Shown: positions 19,358 through 31,092 of the stretch, piece after piece | How the letters are laid out: every line of letters starts with the position of its first letter | Numbering within the stretch: the stretch's first letter is position 1 | Origin: an uncultured Gemmatimonadales bacterium | Lineage (GTDB): Bacteria; Gemmatimonadota; Gemmatimonadetes; Gemmatimonadales; GWC2-71-9 | Length of the DNA: 64,000 bases | Reading direction: 5' to 3' | Assembly: GCA_963844035.1 (NCBI GenBank) | Contig: CAWJMT010000036.1 | Location: 32,001-96,000, forward strand | Made by a program: the position numbers and the translations under genes | Notes under the pieces: model-generated | Seen by the model: only the letters and a program-made list of their open reading frames with translations | What the model was told of the DNA's origin: nothing | Database searches by the model: none

Positions 19358-21606
19358 ATGACCCATTCCTTCAGGGTCGCTACGCTGCTCTTGGCGCTCC
19401 CCGGCGCCGCCGTCGCGCAAAATGTGACGGAAGTGCAGGTTGCTCCCCCCTCGCTGACACTCCGCGTGGGGGAGCGCAGCGTACTCCTCGCGACGGCGTT
19501 CGATCGCGCCGGCAACGTGCTCTCCACCGTCCGCCCACTGTGGTCCTCGAACAACGTGCTGGTGGCGAAGGTGGACAACAACGGCAACGTCACCGGGATG
19601 TCGAACGGGGTCGCGATTGTCGAGGCACGGGTGGGCTCGCGCAAAGGGAGCGCCGCGGTCCAGGTGGTCGGTGGCGCGTCAGCCACGCCGGCGCCACAGC
19701 CGACTCCGGGGCCCCGGCGACGCCGCGCTGGCCGGACAGGCCGTGGGAACGGGGCCCGCCACCGTGCTGCGGATCGAGCCTCCCACGATCTACCTCCTGC
19801 CGTCGGAGAACCTGCGAGCCGTGCCCCGGGCCCTGAAGGACGACGGTTCCCCGGCGGCTCCGGTCATGGTGACCTGGAAGTCGTTCAGGCCCGAAATCGC
19901 GAACGTGGATCCCAACGGCGTCGTCGTGGCTTTGAGCATTGGCCAGGCAACGGTACAGGCGACCGGCCCCAATGGGCTCACGGCCACCGCGCCGGTCGTG
20001 GTGCAGCAATCCGACTTCGGCATCCAGGAAGGGGGGCCGCTCACCCTCGGCCCGGGAGAGCTGGACACGGTGCATGTGGTCGTGCCCACCCAAGGTGGAC
20101 GCCTCGTCAGTCCGCTCGCGCTGCAGTGGACCTCGAGCGACCAAAATATCGTGCGGGTCAGCCTGACGGGTGTGCTCACCGCGGTGAACGCGGGCAAGGC
20201 GACCCTGACGGTGTCGGGGTTGCTCCAGTCGAAGAGCGTGGATGTGGTCGTGCATCGCCCGGTGACGCTGCTCGCCGTCCGGCCCCGCTGGCAAGACGAA
20301 GTGCTCGTTCCGGTCCGGGGCACGACGAAGTTTGAGGCATCGGGGCTGGGGACCGATCGGACCCCGGTTCCCGAAGCGCCGCTGACCTGGAGTGTCGCGG
20401 ACACGACGATCGCCCGCTTCGACCCAGTCACTGGTCTCCTCACGGGAGTCAGCTCCGGAAAGACTCAGCTCGTCGTCAAGGGACCCGGACAAGGGCTGGT
20501 CGTTACCTGGAACCTGCGGGTGCTCGCTGGGCCCGTGAAATTGTCCGCCGCCCGCATCGGGCTCCCCGTCGGCAGGAAATACGCCGTGAAGGCCAGCTAC
20601 ACTGATGAGACGGGAGCGGTGATCGGCCCGGCCAGCGGCGTCACCTGGGCGTCGGCCAACCCACAGGTGGCCACCATCGGCGACGACGGAACGATCACGG
20701 CGGTGGATAACGGGCACGGACAGGTCACGGTCACCGCTCCAGGCGGCACCAGCGCGACCGTCGACGTCTTTGTGCAGGGGGACTTCGTCGTCGCGAGCTC
20801 GCGCTCGGGAGTCTACCAGCTCTACGTGGGCGACCGCTCCAAGCTCGTGCAGCTCCGCCGGCTCGTCGCCGACACCGCGACCGACCCGGCGTTCTCTCCC
20901 GATGGCTCGCGCATCGCGTTCACGTCGACGACGCTGCGCGGGGCGCGGCGCGACATCGTCGTCATGGACGCCGACGGCACCAACGCCACCCGCATCCCCA
21001 ACTCGTTTGGGAGCGAAAGCCATCCCCAGTTCACCGCCGACGGGAGCGCCGTCGTGTTCCAGTCGGAGCGCACCGGGCACTCGCAGGTGTTCCAGCAGGC
21101 GATCGGCGGCCCGACCGCCGTGCAGCTCACGCAGGAGCCTGGCGGTCAATTCGCGCCCCACGGTTTCGCCCGACGGGGAGACGATTGCGTTCGTCTCGAC
21201 GCGGGATGGCAGCGCGAACATTTGGTTGATGAAAAAGGACGGGTCGAACCAGCGCCCGTTTACGCGCACTGCGGGCGCGGCCAAGAGCATCAACCCGGAC
21301 TTCCTGCGGGACGGCTCCCTGGTGTATCTGCTCGAAACCAAGGTCAACGGTCGGACGACGACGCAGATCATGAAGGCCGACCTGCCGACGGGGCAGGTGG
21401 TCCCACTGACGGGACTGGATCTCCCGCTGATCTCCGATTTCGCCGTGAGCGCCGCCGGTGACCAGCTCGCGCTCGTCGTCAACGTCCAGCAGGGCGGGAA
21501 ACCGTACTACAAAGTGTATCTCCTGCCGGTTGGGACGGCCGGCAGCCCCGTCCCGGTTCCAACGACGGGCACCGATCAGATGGTGACGCCGACCTTCATG
21601 CCGTAG
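19358..21606 (+). CDS. Secreted Ig-like (Big_2) repeat protein with C-terminal TolB/PD40 beta-propeller (frameshifts near 19710 and 21140)
   Basis: Signal peptide, repeated WxSSN..VA.VD..G.V Big_2 motifs, PAFSPDG/PTVSPDG repeats across three frames. Confidence 0.82.
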
Positions 21607-21628
21607 GGCCGCCGCTCCCTTTCGCTCC

Positions 21629-22675
21629 ATGCACGCCTGCGCCATCCGCGCCACCGGCGGCCTCGACCAGATTCAGCTGCTCGATCTTCCCGCGGCGCCG
21701 CCGCCCGCGCCCGGTACCGTGCGGGTAAGCATCCGCGCCGCAGCCCTGAACCATCTCGATCTGTTCGTGATCCGCGGACTGGCGCACGACATCGCCTTTC
21801 CGCACATCCTCGGCGCCGACGGAGCCGGGGTGGTGGACGCGGTTGGGAGCGGCGTCACTCGTGTGAAGCCGGGTGATCGCGTGATGATCAATCCCGGCAT
21901 CTCCGACTACACCTGCGAGTACTGCCGCAGGGGCGAGCATTCCCTGTGCGTCACGTTCCGCCTGCTGGGGGAACACCTGTCCGGGACGATGGCGCAGTGG
22001 ATCGTCGTGCCGGAGCACAACGTCGCGCTGGTGCCGTCGTGCGATCCGCCGCTCAGCTGGGCTGAGGCGGCGGCATTCTCGCTGGTGACGCTCACCGCCT
22101 GGCGCATGCTCGTTACGCGCGCAGCGGTCCAGGCCGGTGAGACCGTGCTGGTGTGGGGCATCGGGGGTGGCGTGTCGCTTGCGGCGCTGCGGGTGGCGAA
22201 GCTCCGCGGCGCGCGCGTGATCGCGACGTCGTCCAGCGACGCCAAGCTGGCGGCCGCGCGCAAACTCGGCGCCGATGTCGTGCTCAACTACACCACGCAA
22301 TCCGTGGCGCGTGAGGTCCGGGCCCACACCGGGGGGCGCGGCGCCGACGTGGTTGTGGAGAACGCCGGAGAGGCCACGTGGGAAGAGTCGCTCCGGGCGC
22401 TGGCCCGCGGCGGACGCCTCGTGACGTGCGGCGCGACCACTGGCCCCAAAGTCGTGACCGACCTCCGGCGGGTGTTCTGGTACCAGTACACCATCCTGGG
22501 ATCGACCATGGGCAACGCCGCCGAGTACGTCGAAGTCACCCGGGAGCTCGGGCGTGGGCACCTGCGGCCCATCATGGATCAGGTTTTCCCTCTCGCACAG
22601 GCCCGGGACGCCTTTCACCGGCTCGCCCAGGGTGAGCAGCTCGGCAAGATTTGCGTCGAGATCGCCGCGGAGTGA
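21629..22675 (+). CDS. Zinc-binding alcohol dehydrogenase/quinone oxidoreductase family
   Basis: ALNHLD, ILGADGAG, CEYC...C, GIGGGV, GRLVTCGAT. Confidence 0.9.
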   Translation: MHACAIRATGGLDQIQLLDLPAAPPPAPGTVRVSIRAAALNHLDLFVIRGLAHDIAFPHILGADGAGVVDAVGSGVTRVKPGDRVMINPGISDYTCEYCRRGEHSLCVTFRLLGEHLSGTMAQWIVVPEHNVALVPSCDPPLSWAEAAAFSLVTLTAWRMLVTRAAVQAGETVLVWGIGGGVSLAALRVAKLRGARVIATSSSDAKLAAARKLGADVVLNYTTQSVAREVRAHTGGRGADVVVENAGEATWEESLRALARGGRLVTCGATTGPKVVTDLRRVFWYQYTILGSTMGNAAEYVEVTRELGRGHLRPIMDQVFPLAQARDAFHRLAQGEQLGKICVEIAAE

Positions 22676-22833
22676 GCGGGCCGTCCGCAGCTCCTGCGTA
22701 AGTCCATTTCCCGTCCTCATTTAGGGACGGGGTCCGCGTTGCATTTTCCCCTCTAAGTTATTATTTTTCCGCAACTTAGGCCGATGCCCGGCTCCCTGGA
22801 AAACCGACTTCTGACATCCCAAACCGGCCGCTC

Positions 22834-25335
22834 ATGACCGCTCCGAACGTCCGCGAACGCATCCTCCCGCGCCTCATCGAAGACGAGATGAAGGAGTCGT
22901 TCCTCGACTACTCGATGAGCGTCATCGTGCAGCGCGCGCTGCCCGACGTGCGCGACGGGCTCAAGCCCGTGCACCGCCGGATTCTGTACGCGATGAACGA
23001 GCTGGGGCTCGTCCCCGGACGCCCGTACAAGAAGAGCGCGACGGTGGTCGGCGACGTGCTCGGCAAGTACCACCCGCACGGCGACGTCGCCCTGTACGAC
23101 TCGCTCGTGCGCATGGTGCAGGATTTCTCGCTGCGCTATCCGCTGATCGACGGCCAGGGGAATTTCGGCTCGGTGGACGGCGACTCGGCAGCCGCGTACC
23201 GCTACACCGAGGCGCGCCTGACCCGCATCGCCATGGCGATGCTCGAGGACATCGACCGGAACACCGTCCCATTCATCCCCAACTTCGACGGGCGCCTGCA
23301 GGAGCCGGTCGTACTGCCGTCCCGGCTGCCCAATCTGATCGTCAACGGCTCGGCGGGCATCGCGGTGGGGATGGCGACCAATATCCCGCCGCACAATCTC
23401 GGCGAGACGGTCGCCGCGATCGAGCATCTGGTGGACCACCCCGACGCCACGATCAAGGATCTCCGGAAGTTCATCAAGGGTCCGGACTTTCCGACGGGCG
23501 CGATCATCTACGGCCGCGACGGCGTCAAGGAATGCTACGAAAAGGGCCGGGGGCGGATCGTCATCCGTGCCCGCGCTACCGTCGAGGAGCGGGAGTCGAG
23601 CGGTAAGCAGCAGATCGTCGTCACCGAATTCCCCTACCAGGTGTCGCCGGAACGGGTGCTCGAGCAGATCCGCGACCTGGTGCTCGCGAAAAAGCTCGAG
23701 GGGATCTCCGACTTGCGGAACGAGTCGGATCGCGAGGGAATCCGGATCATGATCGAGCTGAAACGGGACGCCGTGCCATTGGTTGTCCTGAACCAGCTCT
23801 ACACGCGCACCCAGATGCAGGTGACCTTCGGCGCCATCATGCTGGCGCTGGTGGATGGCGCACCGAAGGAAATGAACCTGAAGGAGCTGCTCGAGCACTT
23901 CATCGAGCACCGTCACACCGTTATCACCCGCCGCACCCAGTTCGAGCTCACGCGGGCGCAGGACCGCGAGCACATCCTCGAGGGGTTGAAGATCGCCGTC
24001 GACAATATCGACGAGGTGATCAAGATCATCCGTAAGGCGAAGGACACGCCGACGGCGGATGCGGCACTGCGCAAGCGGTTCAAGTTGTCGGAGAAGCAAT
24101 CGGCCGAGATCCTCAACATGCGCCTGGCGCGGCTGACCGCGCTCGAAGTCACCAAGCTCGAGGAGGAGCTGCGCGAGGTCCGCAAGTTCATCAAGGAGTG
24201 CAAGGAAATCCTCGCCTCAAAGCCGCGCCGCATGAAGATCCTCAAGGAGGAGCTCACCGAGCTGTCCGCCGGGTTCGGCGACGAGCGCCGCACCGAGATC
24301 GTTGCCGATCAGGGCGAGTTCTCGATCGAGGATCTGATCGCCGAGGAGGACATGGTCATCACCGTGTCCCACGACGGCTACATCAAGCGGCTGCCGGTCA
24401 CGGCGTACCGGCGCCAGCACCGCGGCGGGCGCGGCATCACGGCGGCGCACACCAAAGAAGACGACTGGGTCGAGCATCTGTTCATCGCCTCGACTCACGA
24501 CTACGTGATGGTGTTCACCCAGAGCGGCCACTGCTACTGGCTCAAGGTGCACGAGATCCCGCAGGCGGCCCGGGCGGCGCGTGGCAAACCAATCATGAGC
24601 TGCGTCGCCATGAAGACCGAGGAGCGCCTCGCCGCCCTGGTGCCGGTGCGCGAGTTCTCGGAGGACGCCTACCTGTTCTTCACCACCAAGAACGGCGTCG
24701 CCAAGAAGACGGTCCTTTCCGAGTTCGGCAACCCGCGCTCGAGCGGCATCCGCGCGATCAACATCGAGGCCGGCGACGAGCTCATCGACGTGCAGGTGAC
24801 CGACGGCTCGAACGACATCGTGCTCGCCACACGCCACGGGATGAGCATCCGGTTTCACGAGAAGGACGTGCGCGACATGGGCCGCACGGCCACGGGCGTG
24901 AAGGGCATCGAGCTCGACAAGAAAGACTTCGTCATCGATATGGTGGTCGTGCGCCGCAAGTGCACGCTGCTCGTCGTCACCGAGAAGGGGATGGGCAAGC
25001 GTTCCGAGCTCGACGAGTACCGCGTGCAGCACCGCGGGGGCCGTGGCATCATCACATTGAAGCGCTCGCCCAAGACCGGCGACATCGTCGCGCTGAAGGA
25101 AGTGATGCCGGACGACGAGCTGATGATGATCACGAAGAAGGGGATCATGATCCGCGTCCCCGTGGAAGGCATTCGCGTCTCCGGGCGGAACACGCAGGGC
25201 GTGAAGGTCATGAACCTCACCGCCGCCGACCTCGTGGTGGACGTCGCGCGCGTGGTCAAGGAGGACGAAGCAGAGAACGGCGCTGCGGACGACGATGAGC
25301 CGGCAAAGCCGAAAGCTCGTGCCCGCAAAAAATAG
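22834..25335 (+). CDS. gyrA: DNA gyrase subunit A
   Basis: [30 protein letters not shown], GyrA-box QHRGGRG, beta-pinwheel repeats. Confidence 0.97.
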   Translation: MTAPNVRERILPRLIEDEMKESFLDYSMSVIVQRALPDVRDGLKPVHRRILYAMNELGLVPGRPYKKSATVVGDVLGKYHPHGDVALYDSLVRMVQDFSLRYPLIDGQGNFGSVDGDSAAAYRYTEARLTRIAMAMLEDIDRNTVPFIPNFDGRLQEPVVLPSRLPNLIVNGSAGIAVGMATNIPPHNLGETVAAIEHLVDHPDATIKDLRKFIKGPDFPTGAIIYGRDGVKECYEKGRGRIVIRARATVEERESSGKQQIVVTEFPYQVSPERVLEQIRDLVLAKKLEGISDLRNESDREGIRIMIELKRDAVPLVVLNQLYTRTQMQVTFGAIMLALVDGAPKEMNLKELLEHFIEHRHTVITRRTQFELTRAQDREHILEGLKIAVDNIDEVIKIIRKAKDTPTADAALRKRFKLSEKQSAEILNMRLARLTALEVTKLEEELREVRKFIKECKEILASKPRRMKILKEELTELSAGFGDERRTEIVADQGEFSIEDLIAEEDMVITVSHDGYIKRLPVTAYRRQHRGGRGITAAHTKEDDWVEHLFIASTHDYVMVFTQSGHCYWLKVHEIPQAARAARGKPIMSCVAMKTEERLAALVPVREFSEDAYLFFTTKNGVAKKTVLSEFGNPRSSGIRAINIEAGDELIDVQVTDGSNDIVLATRHGMSIRFHEKDVRDMGRTATGVKGIELDKKDFVIDMVVVRRKCTLLVVTEKGMGKRSELDEYRVQHRGGRGIITLKRSPKTGDIVALKEVMPDDELMMITKKGIMIRVPVEGIRVSGRNTQGVKVMNLTAADLVVDVARVVKEDEAENGAADDDEPAKPKARARKK

Positions 25336-26266
25336 CGCGGTCGATGCCTCGGCCGTGCGGGATGCCGCCGCCGCGCTGCGGGGCGTGGCCGTCCGCACGC
25401 CGCTGCTCTACGTCGAAGCGCTGGGCGTCCATCTCAAGCTCGAGAACCTGCAGCCGATGGGCGCCTTCAAGATCCGCGGCGCCTACAACGCGATCCGGAA
25501 ACTCCCCGAAGCCGCCCGTACCCACGGGGTGCTCACCTATTCGAGCGGCAACCACGGGCAGGCGGTCGCCTACGCCGCCCGCTTCATCGGGATCCGCGCG
25601 GTCGTGGTCATGCCGGAGACCGCGCCGGCGGTGAAGGTGGCCGGAGTGCGGCGCTGGGGCGGCGAGGTCGTGCTGGCGGGCCGCACGTCGGAGGACCGCC
25701 GGGCGAAGGCCGAGGAGATCGCGGCGCGGGAGGGACTCGTCGTCGTCGCTCCCTACGACGATCCTGACATCGTGGCCGGGCAGGCCACGATGGCGCTCGA
25801 GATCGTGGAGCAGCTCCCCGATGTGGCGACGGTGGTGGTGCCGGTGGGTGGCGGCGGGCTCATCGCGGGCGTGTTGACGGGGCTGGCGGCAGCCCAGAGC
25901 CAGGCGATCGTGTGGGGCGTCGAGCCGGCGGGTGCGCCCAAGCTGCAGCGCTCCCTCGCCACGGGACGCCGCACGCGCCTGGAGCGCACCACGAGCATCG
26001 CGGACGGCCTGATCACCCTTTCCGTCGGCGAGGTCCCGTTCGGCGAGCTGATGCGGCACCGGGACCGCCTGGCCGGCGTGGGTCTGGTGGACGATGACAG
26101 TCTCCGCGAGGCCATGGCTTTCTTGTGGCGCACCTGCCGCCTCGCCGTCGAACCCTCTGGCGCGGCCGCCGTCGCTGCCGTGCGATCGGGCTCCGTGCGT
26201 CCCGCCGCGCCCGCCGTGGTGATCGTGAGCGGCGGCAACATCGATCCCGCGCTCCTCCAGGACTGA
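25295..26266 (+). CDS. Threonine/serine dehydratase (PLP, catabolic type); start uncertain
   Basis: [44 protein letters not shown]. Confidence 0.9.
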   Translation: MSRQSRKLVPAKNSAVDASAVRDAAAALRGVAVRTPLLYVEALGVHLKLENLQPMGAFKIRGAYNAIRKLPEAARTHGVLTYSSGNHGQAVAYAARFIGIRAVVVMPETAPAVKVAGVRRWGGEVVLAGRTSEDRRAKAEEIAAREGLVVVAPYDDPDIVAGQATMALEIVEQLPDVATVVVPVGGGGLIAGVLTGLAAAQSQAIVWGVEPAGAPKLQRSLATGRRTRLERTTSIADGLITLSVGEVPFGELMRHRDRLAGVGLVDDDSLREAMAFLWRTCRLAVEPSGAAAVAAVRSGSVRPAAPAVVIVSGGNIDPALLQD

Positions 26267-26273
26267 GGCTCGA

Positions 26274-27715
26274 TTGGCCGCCCTCCCCGCACCCAAGATT
26301 CTGGTAGCGGACGACGATCAGTCGCTCCTCCGCACGTTGACGTGGATCCTCAAGGAAAGCGGATATCGACGTCGTCGCCGCGCCTGGAGGGGAAGGGCTG
26401 CTCACGCTGCTGGAACAGGAGCGCCCCAACATGCTCCTGCTCGACATCATGATGCCCAAGACGGACGGGCTGCAGCTGCTCGAGCGGCTCAAGGCCGACG
26501 AGCGCTTTCGCGATCTCCCGGTGCTGATGGTGTCGTCGATGCCGCCGGAGGAGGCGACGGTGAAGGCGCTGGGTCTCGGCGCCGCGGATTTCATCGCCAA
26601 GCCGTTCCGGGTGCGCGAGCTGCTCGCGCGGGTCGAGGCGCACCTCCGCACCGCCGGGGCGCTGGGTCGGGCGCGCGAGGAAGCCGAGAGCCGCGCCGCC
26701 ATCGTGGACATCCTGCACGAGGTGACCGATTCGCTCAAGCCGGACGACATCTACCACATCCTGGCCCGCCGTATCGCCCGCGTGCTCAACCTTTCGAAGT
26801 GCTCACTGGTGCGCGCCAAGCCTGGGGACCAGATCGGCGTCGTGGTGGCCGCGTTCGAAAACCCGATGCTCCGCAATCTGCAGATCGAGCTCAGCCGCTA
26901 CCCGGAGATCCAGCGGGCGCTCGCGTTGGGACGCCCGGTGCTGGTCGAGGACGTCGAGACCGATCCGCTCTACACGGACGAGCGGGCGCGCTGGAAGCGC
27001 GACGGCATCACCGTCCTGACGCACTCCGCGGCAGCCGTGCCGTTCACGATGAAGGATCAGCAGGTCGGCGTCTGCTTCCTGCGCACCACCGGCTCGGATC
27101 CCGCGATCACGCGCGCCGACTGCCAGTTCGCGGAGACGGTGATCCGCACCGCGGTCGCGGCCATGGAGAAGGCCTACGACTTCGAGACCGCCGTCTCCGA
27201 CAAGGCGCGGCTCGAGAAGCTGGCGGCGACCGACCCGCTCACGGGTTGCCTCAACCGGCGCGCGCTCGCTGATGCGCTGGCGCAGGAGCTCGACCGGGCG
27301 CGGCGCTACGACCTTGCGATCACGATCCTGCTCGCCGACATCGACCAGTTCAAAGACGTCAACGACACGCGCGGCCACGTTGCGGGCGATGCCGTTCTGC
27401 GGCAAGTTGGTGAGATCCTGCACCGCGAGGCGCGGTCGGTGGACATCGTAGCGCGCTACGGAGGCGAAGAGTTCGTGATCGTGATGCCGGAAACGGCCCC
27501 CGACGGCGCGATGACCTTCGCCGAACGGCTGCGCCTGCGGATCGAAGAGCACGACTTCGCCGATCCGGGGACGCGACCCGCTCAACGTCACGGTCAGCAT
27601 CGGGCTCGCGTCGTTTCCGGACGACCGCGTCACAGGGCCCGATACCTTCGTCGCGCTCGCCGACCAGGCGCTGTACCGCGCGAAGAACGACGGCCGCAAC
27701 CTGGTGCGTCAGTGA
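26274..27715 (+). CDS. REC-GAF-GGDEF diguanylate cyclase response regulator (frameshifts near 26365 and 27575)
   Basis: ILVADDD, LLDIMMP, FIAKPF; GAF-like middle; DPLTG, DIDQFK, ARYGGEEF; C-terminal ADQALYRAKNDGRN in a shifted frame. Confidence 0.88.
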
Positions 27716-28782
27716 GCGAGCGCCGCTGTCCGCGCTGCGGCGCGGTGTACACCGACGGGGCCCGGTTCTGCTCGCGGGACGGCAGCATGCTGGCCGAGGT
27801 GCAATCCAGGCCCCGCGCCCAGCCGTCGGCGGACGGCGCCACGGCCGTGCGCACACCGCTGCCGCTCGCCCAAGGCGCTCGATCGCGCCGCGAGACTCTC
27901 CGGACAGCTGCTCGACTCCCGCTACCAGGTGCTGAAGAAGCTGGGCGAGGGCGGGATGTCGTACGTCTACCTCGCCAAGGACATCCCGACCGGCCAGGAA
28001 GTCGCGATCAAGGTCCTCTCGCCCAAGCTCGCGAGCGACAAGACCGCCGTGGAGCGGCTGCGGCGCGAGGCCGGGCTCGCCATGCGGCTCGATCACCCCA
28101 ACGTCTGCCGCATCATGCGCCTGGGGGAGTCCGAGGACCGGCTGATCTACCTCGTGATGCCGTTCCTCAAGGGCGAGCTGCTCTCCGATCGAGGAGGTGC
28201 AGGGCGGGCCCGATGGACATCGCGGCCGGCATCGAGATCCTGCAGCAGGTGTGTGCCGGGCTGCACCACGCGCACGAGCTGCAGATCATCCATCGCGACC
28301 TGAAGCCGGAAAACATCATGCTGGTGGCGGAAGACGGCCAGCCGCAGCGCGCCGTGGTCATGGATTTCGGGCTCGCCAAGGAACGCCGGGCCGATCCCGC
28401 GATCGCGAAGCTCACGGCCACCGGGATCATCCTCGGGACGCCGGAGTTCATGAGCCCCGAGCAGATCCGCGGGAAGCCGCTCGACGCGCGATCGGACGTG
28501 TACGCCCTCGGCATCGTGGCGTTCGAGATGTTCAGCGGCAAGCTGCCGTTCCAGGGACGCAATGCGCAGGAGATGATGATCGCCCGGTTGCGGGGCCAGC
28601 CGCTCACGCTGCGCCAGCTGCGGCCCGACATCCCCGCCCCGGTCGAGCGGGCGCTGATGCGCGCGATGGATACCAACCCGGACGCGCGGTTTGCGACGGC
28701 GCTGGAGTTCGCCCAGGCGCTGACGGCGCCCTCATCCGCTCCGGGCGGCGTCTTCGGGAAGTTGAAGGAGAAGCTCACCTAA
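27712..28782 (+). CDS. Ser/Thr protein kinase with N-terminal zinc ribbon (frameshifts near 27880 and 28195)
   Basis: GTGA coupling; CPRC...FCSRDG; LGEGGM, VAIKVL, HRDLKPEN, DFGLA, GTPEFMSPEQ, SDVYALG. Confidence 0.88.
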   Translation: MSERRCPRCGAVYTDGARFCSRDGSMLAEVQSRPRAQPSADGATAVRTPLPLAQGARSRRETLRTAARLPLPGAEEAGRGRDVVRLPRQGHPDRPGSRDQGPLAQARERQDRRGAAAARGRARHAARSPQRLPHHAPGGVRGPADLPRDAVPQGRAALRSRRCRAGPMDIAAGIEILQQVCAGLHHAHELQIIHRDLKPENIMLVAEDGQPQRAVVMDFGLAKERRADPAIAKLTATGIILGTPEFMSPEQIRGKPLDARSDVYALGIVAFEMFSGKLPFQGRNAQEMMIARLRGQPLTLRQLRPDIPAPVERALMRAMDTNPDARFATALEFAQALTAPSSAPGGVFGKLKEKLT

Positions 28783-28800
28783 CCGGCCGGCAGGACAAGC

Positions 28801-29901
28801 GTGCGTCGTTTCGCAGCGTTCGATCCCCCCGAGTACCTCGCCTGGAAGCCGGACGCCAGCGCTCGCACGCGCGTATCGGGCGACCGTCGAGGCCGATCCC
28901 GAGCGCGCCCGCGTGGTGCAGGCCCTGTCTGCGGACGACCAGCTCTCACTCTACGCCGGCCTGCTGCGCGCGCGGCTGCACGACATTCAGCTCAAGCGCT
29001 GGGTCCGGGGCGGCGTCATCTCCAAGGCATGGCTGGGCACCGGCGAAGAGGCCACGACGGTCGGGCCGGCGCGCGCGCTCGCAGCGCGGCGCCGACGTCG
29101 TCGCGCCGATGATCCGCAACGCCGCCGCCTGCTGCGAGATGGGGATGCCGGTCGCCGACATGCTCCGCGCCTACCTGGCCACCGCCGACTCGCCCTCCGG
29201 GGGACGGGACGTGCACGTCGGCGATCTGGCGCACGGCGTGCTGCAGCCCATCTCGCACGTCGGCGACATGGTCCCCGTCGTCGCCGGCATCGCGTTGACC
29301 TTCAAGCTCCGCAGCGAGGCACGCGTGGCCCTCACCTGGGTGGGGGACGGCGCCACCAAGACCGCCGCGGCGCACGAGGGGATGAACTTCGCGGCCGTGC
29401 AGAAGGTGCCCGCGATCTTCGTCCTCCAGAACAACCAGGTGGCGCTCGGGACGCGCCTCGCGGCGCACCACCTGCCGCAGGACTTCCGGGACTGGCCGGC
29501 GAGCTACGGGATGTTCGGAGCGGCGTTCGACGGCAACAACGTCGCTGGACGCGTATGCCGCGACCGTGCTCGCCGCCGCGCGCTGCCGGCGCGGTGAAGG
29601 GCCCGTGATGCTCCTGGCCGAGACGTTTCGCATGGGCGGCCACGCCACCCACGACGATGCGGAGGCGCGCGCCACGTTCCCCGACGCCACGTTCAAGGCA
29701 TGGGGAGCGCGTGATCCCATCGGCCTGTACGAGGAATATCTCAAAGGCGCGGGGCGGACAGCGCGGGAGCTCGAGGACGTCGAGAGCGACACAACTGCGC
29801 AAATGGAGCGAGCCGTCGCGGAGGCCCTGGCAAGCAAGCAGCGCGTCCCGGCGGGAACGTCGGCGTTGAATGGCGTGTACGCGGGGAATGACCATGGCTA
29901 G
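28801..29901 (+). CDS. TPP-dependent 2-oxoacid dehydrogenase E1 alpha subunit (several frameshifts)
   Basis: GTGEEA, GDGATK...EGMNFAAV...NNQ, DGNN, FRMGGHATHDD, RDPI spread over several frames. Confidence 0.82.
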
Positions 29902-29918
29902 AGCACACCGTCGCGGGG

Positions 29919-31031
29919 TTGGTCCTCGGCCTCATTGCCTGCACGTCCCCGGGATCGCGAGCGGCCGAAGCACCGGCCGGGCCGCACGACACCGTGACGA
30001 TTGCCGGTCACCTCCTGTACGTCCCCACTGGATTCTCGGTGAATCTGTTCGCCCAGGGACAAGATGGCCCGCGCTTCCTGGCGCTCGGTCCCGGTGGCGC
30101 CGTGTACGCGACCCTGTCGGCAGCCGGAAAGATCGTGCGGTTTGCGGACGCGGACGGTGACGGGGTGGCCGAGTCGGTCACGACGGTGCTGGCCGGCCTC
30201 GCCAACCCGTCGGGCATCGCGTTTCGCCGCGACACGCTGTATTTCGCCGAGACAGCGGCGCTCAAGCGGCTCGATCCCGGCAAGACCGTTCCGGTCTTCC
30301 TGGCGGGTCTACCGGCCGGTGGTGCCCACATCACCCGAACGATCGTCTTCGGTCCCGATAATCTCATGTACGTCGCCGTCGGCTCGTCGTGCAACATCTG
30401 CGACGACGCCCTGCCGCGGGCCGCCGTCACGCGCTTCAACCTCGACGGCTCGCATCCCCACACGTTCGCCACCGGCCTCCGCAACTCGGTGGGACTAGCG
30501 TTCAACCCTACCACCGGAGAACTCTGGGCGAACAACAACGACCGCGACAACATTGGACCGAACCAGGCGGCCACCGACAGCCTCCCGCCCGAGCGTCTGA
30601 ACATCTTGAAGGATGGAAAGTGGTACGGCTGGCCCCAGTGCTACCTGCCCGGCAAACCCAACTACGACCGGTATCCGGGGGCCGACTGCTCGGGCGTCGA
30701 GCCACCGGCGCTCACCTTCCAGGCGCACTCGGCGCCACTCGGCCTCGCCTTCTACACCGGTGCGATGTTTCCATCGGATTATCAGGGCGACGCGTTCATG
30801 ACGTACCACGGGTCATGGAACCGGAACGTGCCCACGGGCGCGAAGGTCGTCCGGGTGAGGGTGCGAAATGGGCGGCCCGTCGCCATCGAAGACTTTGTCA
30901 CTGGATGGCAGCTCACGAACGGGTCGCGCTGGGGCCGGCCGGTGGCGGTCTTGGTGGCGGCGGACGGGGCGTTGCTCGTGAGTGACGACCACGGCGGCAG
31001 GATTTGGAGGGTGAGCTTTGGGAAAAGTTAG
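29919..31031 (+). CDS. PQQ-dependent sugar/L-sorbosone dehydrogenase family lipoprotein
   Basis: LIAC lipobox, GSSCNIC, GLRNSVG, YGWP, AHSAPLGL, HGSWNR, GRPV, LLVSDD; start uncertain. Confidence 0.88.
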   Translation: MVLGLIACTSPGSRAAEAPAGPHDTVTIAGHLLYVPTGFSVNLFAQGQDGPRFLALGPGGAVYATLSAAGKIVRFADADGDGVAESVTTVLAGLANPSGIAFRRDTLYFAETAALKRLDPGKTVPVFLAGLPAGGAHITRTIVFGPDNLMYVAVGSSCNICDDALPRAAVTRFNLDGSHPHTFATGLRNSVGLAFNPTTGELWANNNDRDNIGPNQAATDSLPPERLNILKDGKWYGWPQCYLPGKPNYDRYPGADCSGVEPPALTFQAHSAPLGLAFYTGAMFPSDYQGDAFMTYHGSWNRNVPTGAKVVRVRVRNGRPVAIEDFVTGWQLTNGSRWGRPVAVLVAADGALLVSDDHGGRIWRVSFGKS

Positions 31032-31086
31032 GCGGTTAGACGGTTAGTCGGTTAGATCACCTGACCGCCTAACCGCCTAACCGTCT
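31028..31086. repeat. Inverted arrays of 8-mer (GGCGGTTA)n/(TAACCGCC)n between convergent genes
   Basis: Three degenerate copies in each orientation forming a long hairpin. Confidence 0.8.
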
Positions 31087-31092
31087 GTCTTT

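Noticed and set aside
26431..28782. 783-aa REC-GAF-GGDEF-kinase fusion in the ORF track
   Set aside because: An artefact of compensating frameshifts: the GGDEF C-terminus and the kinase N-lobe lie in other frames, with a proper stop/start at 27712-27715.
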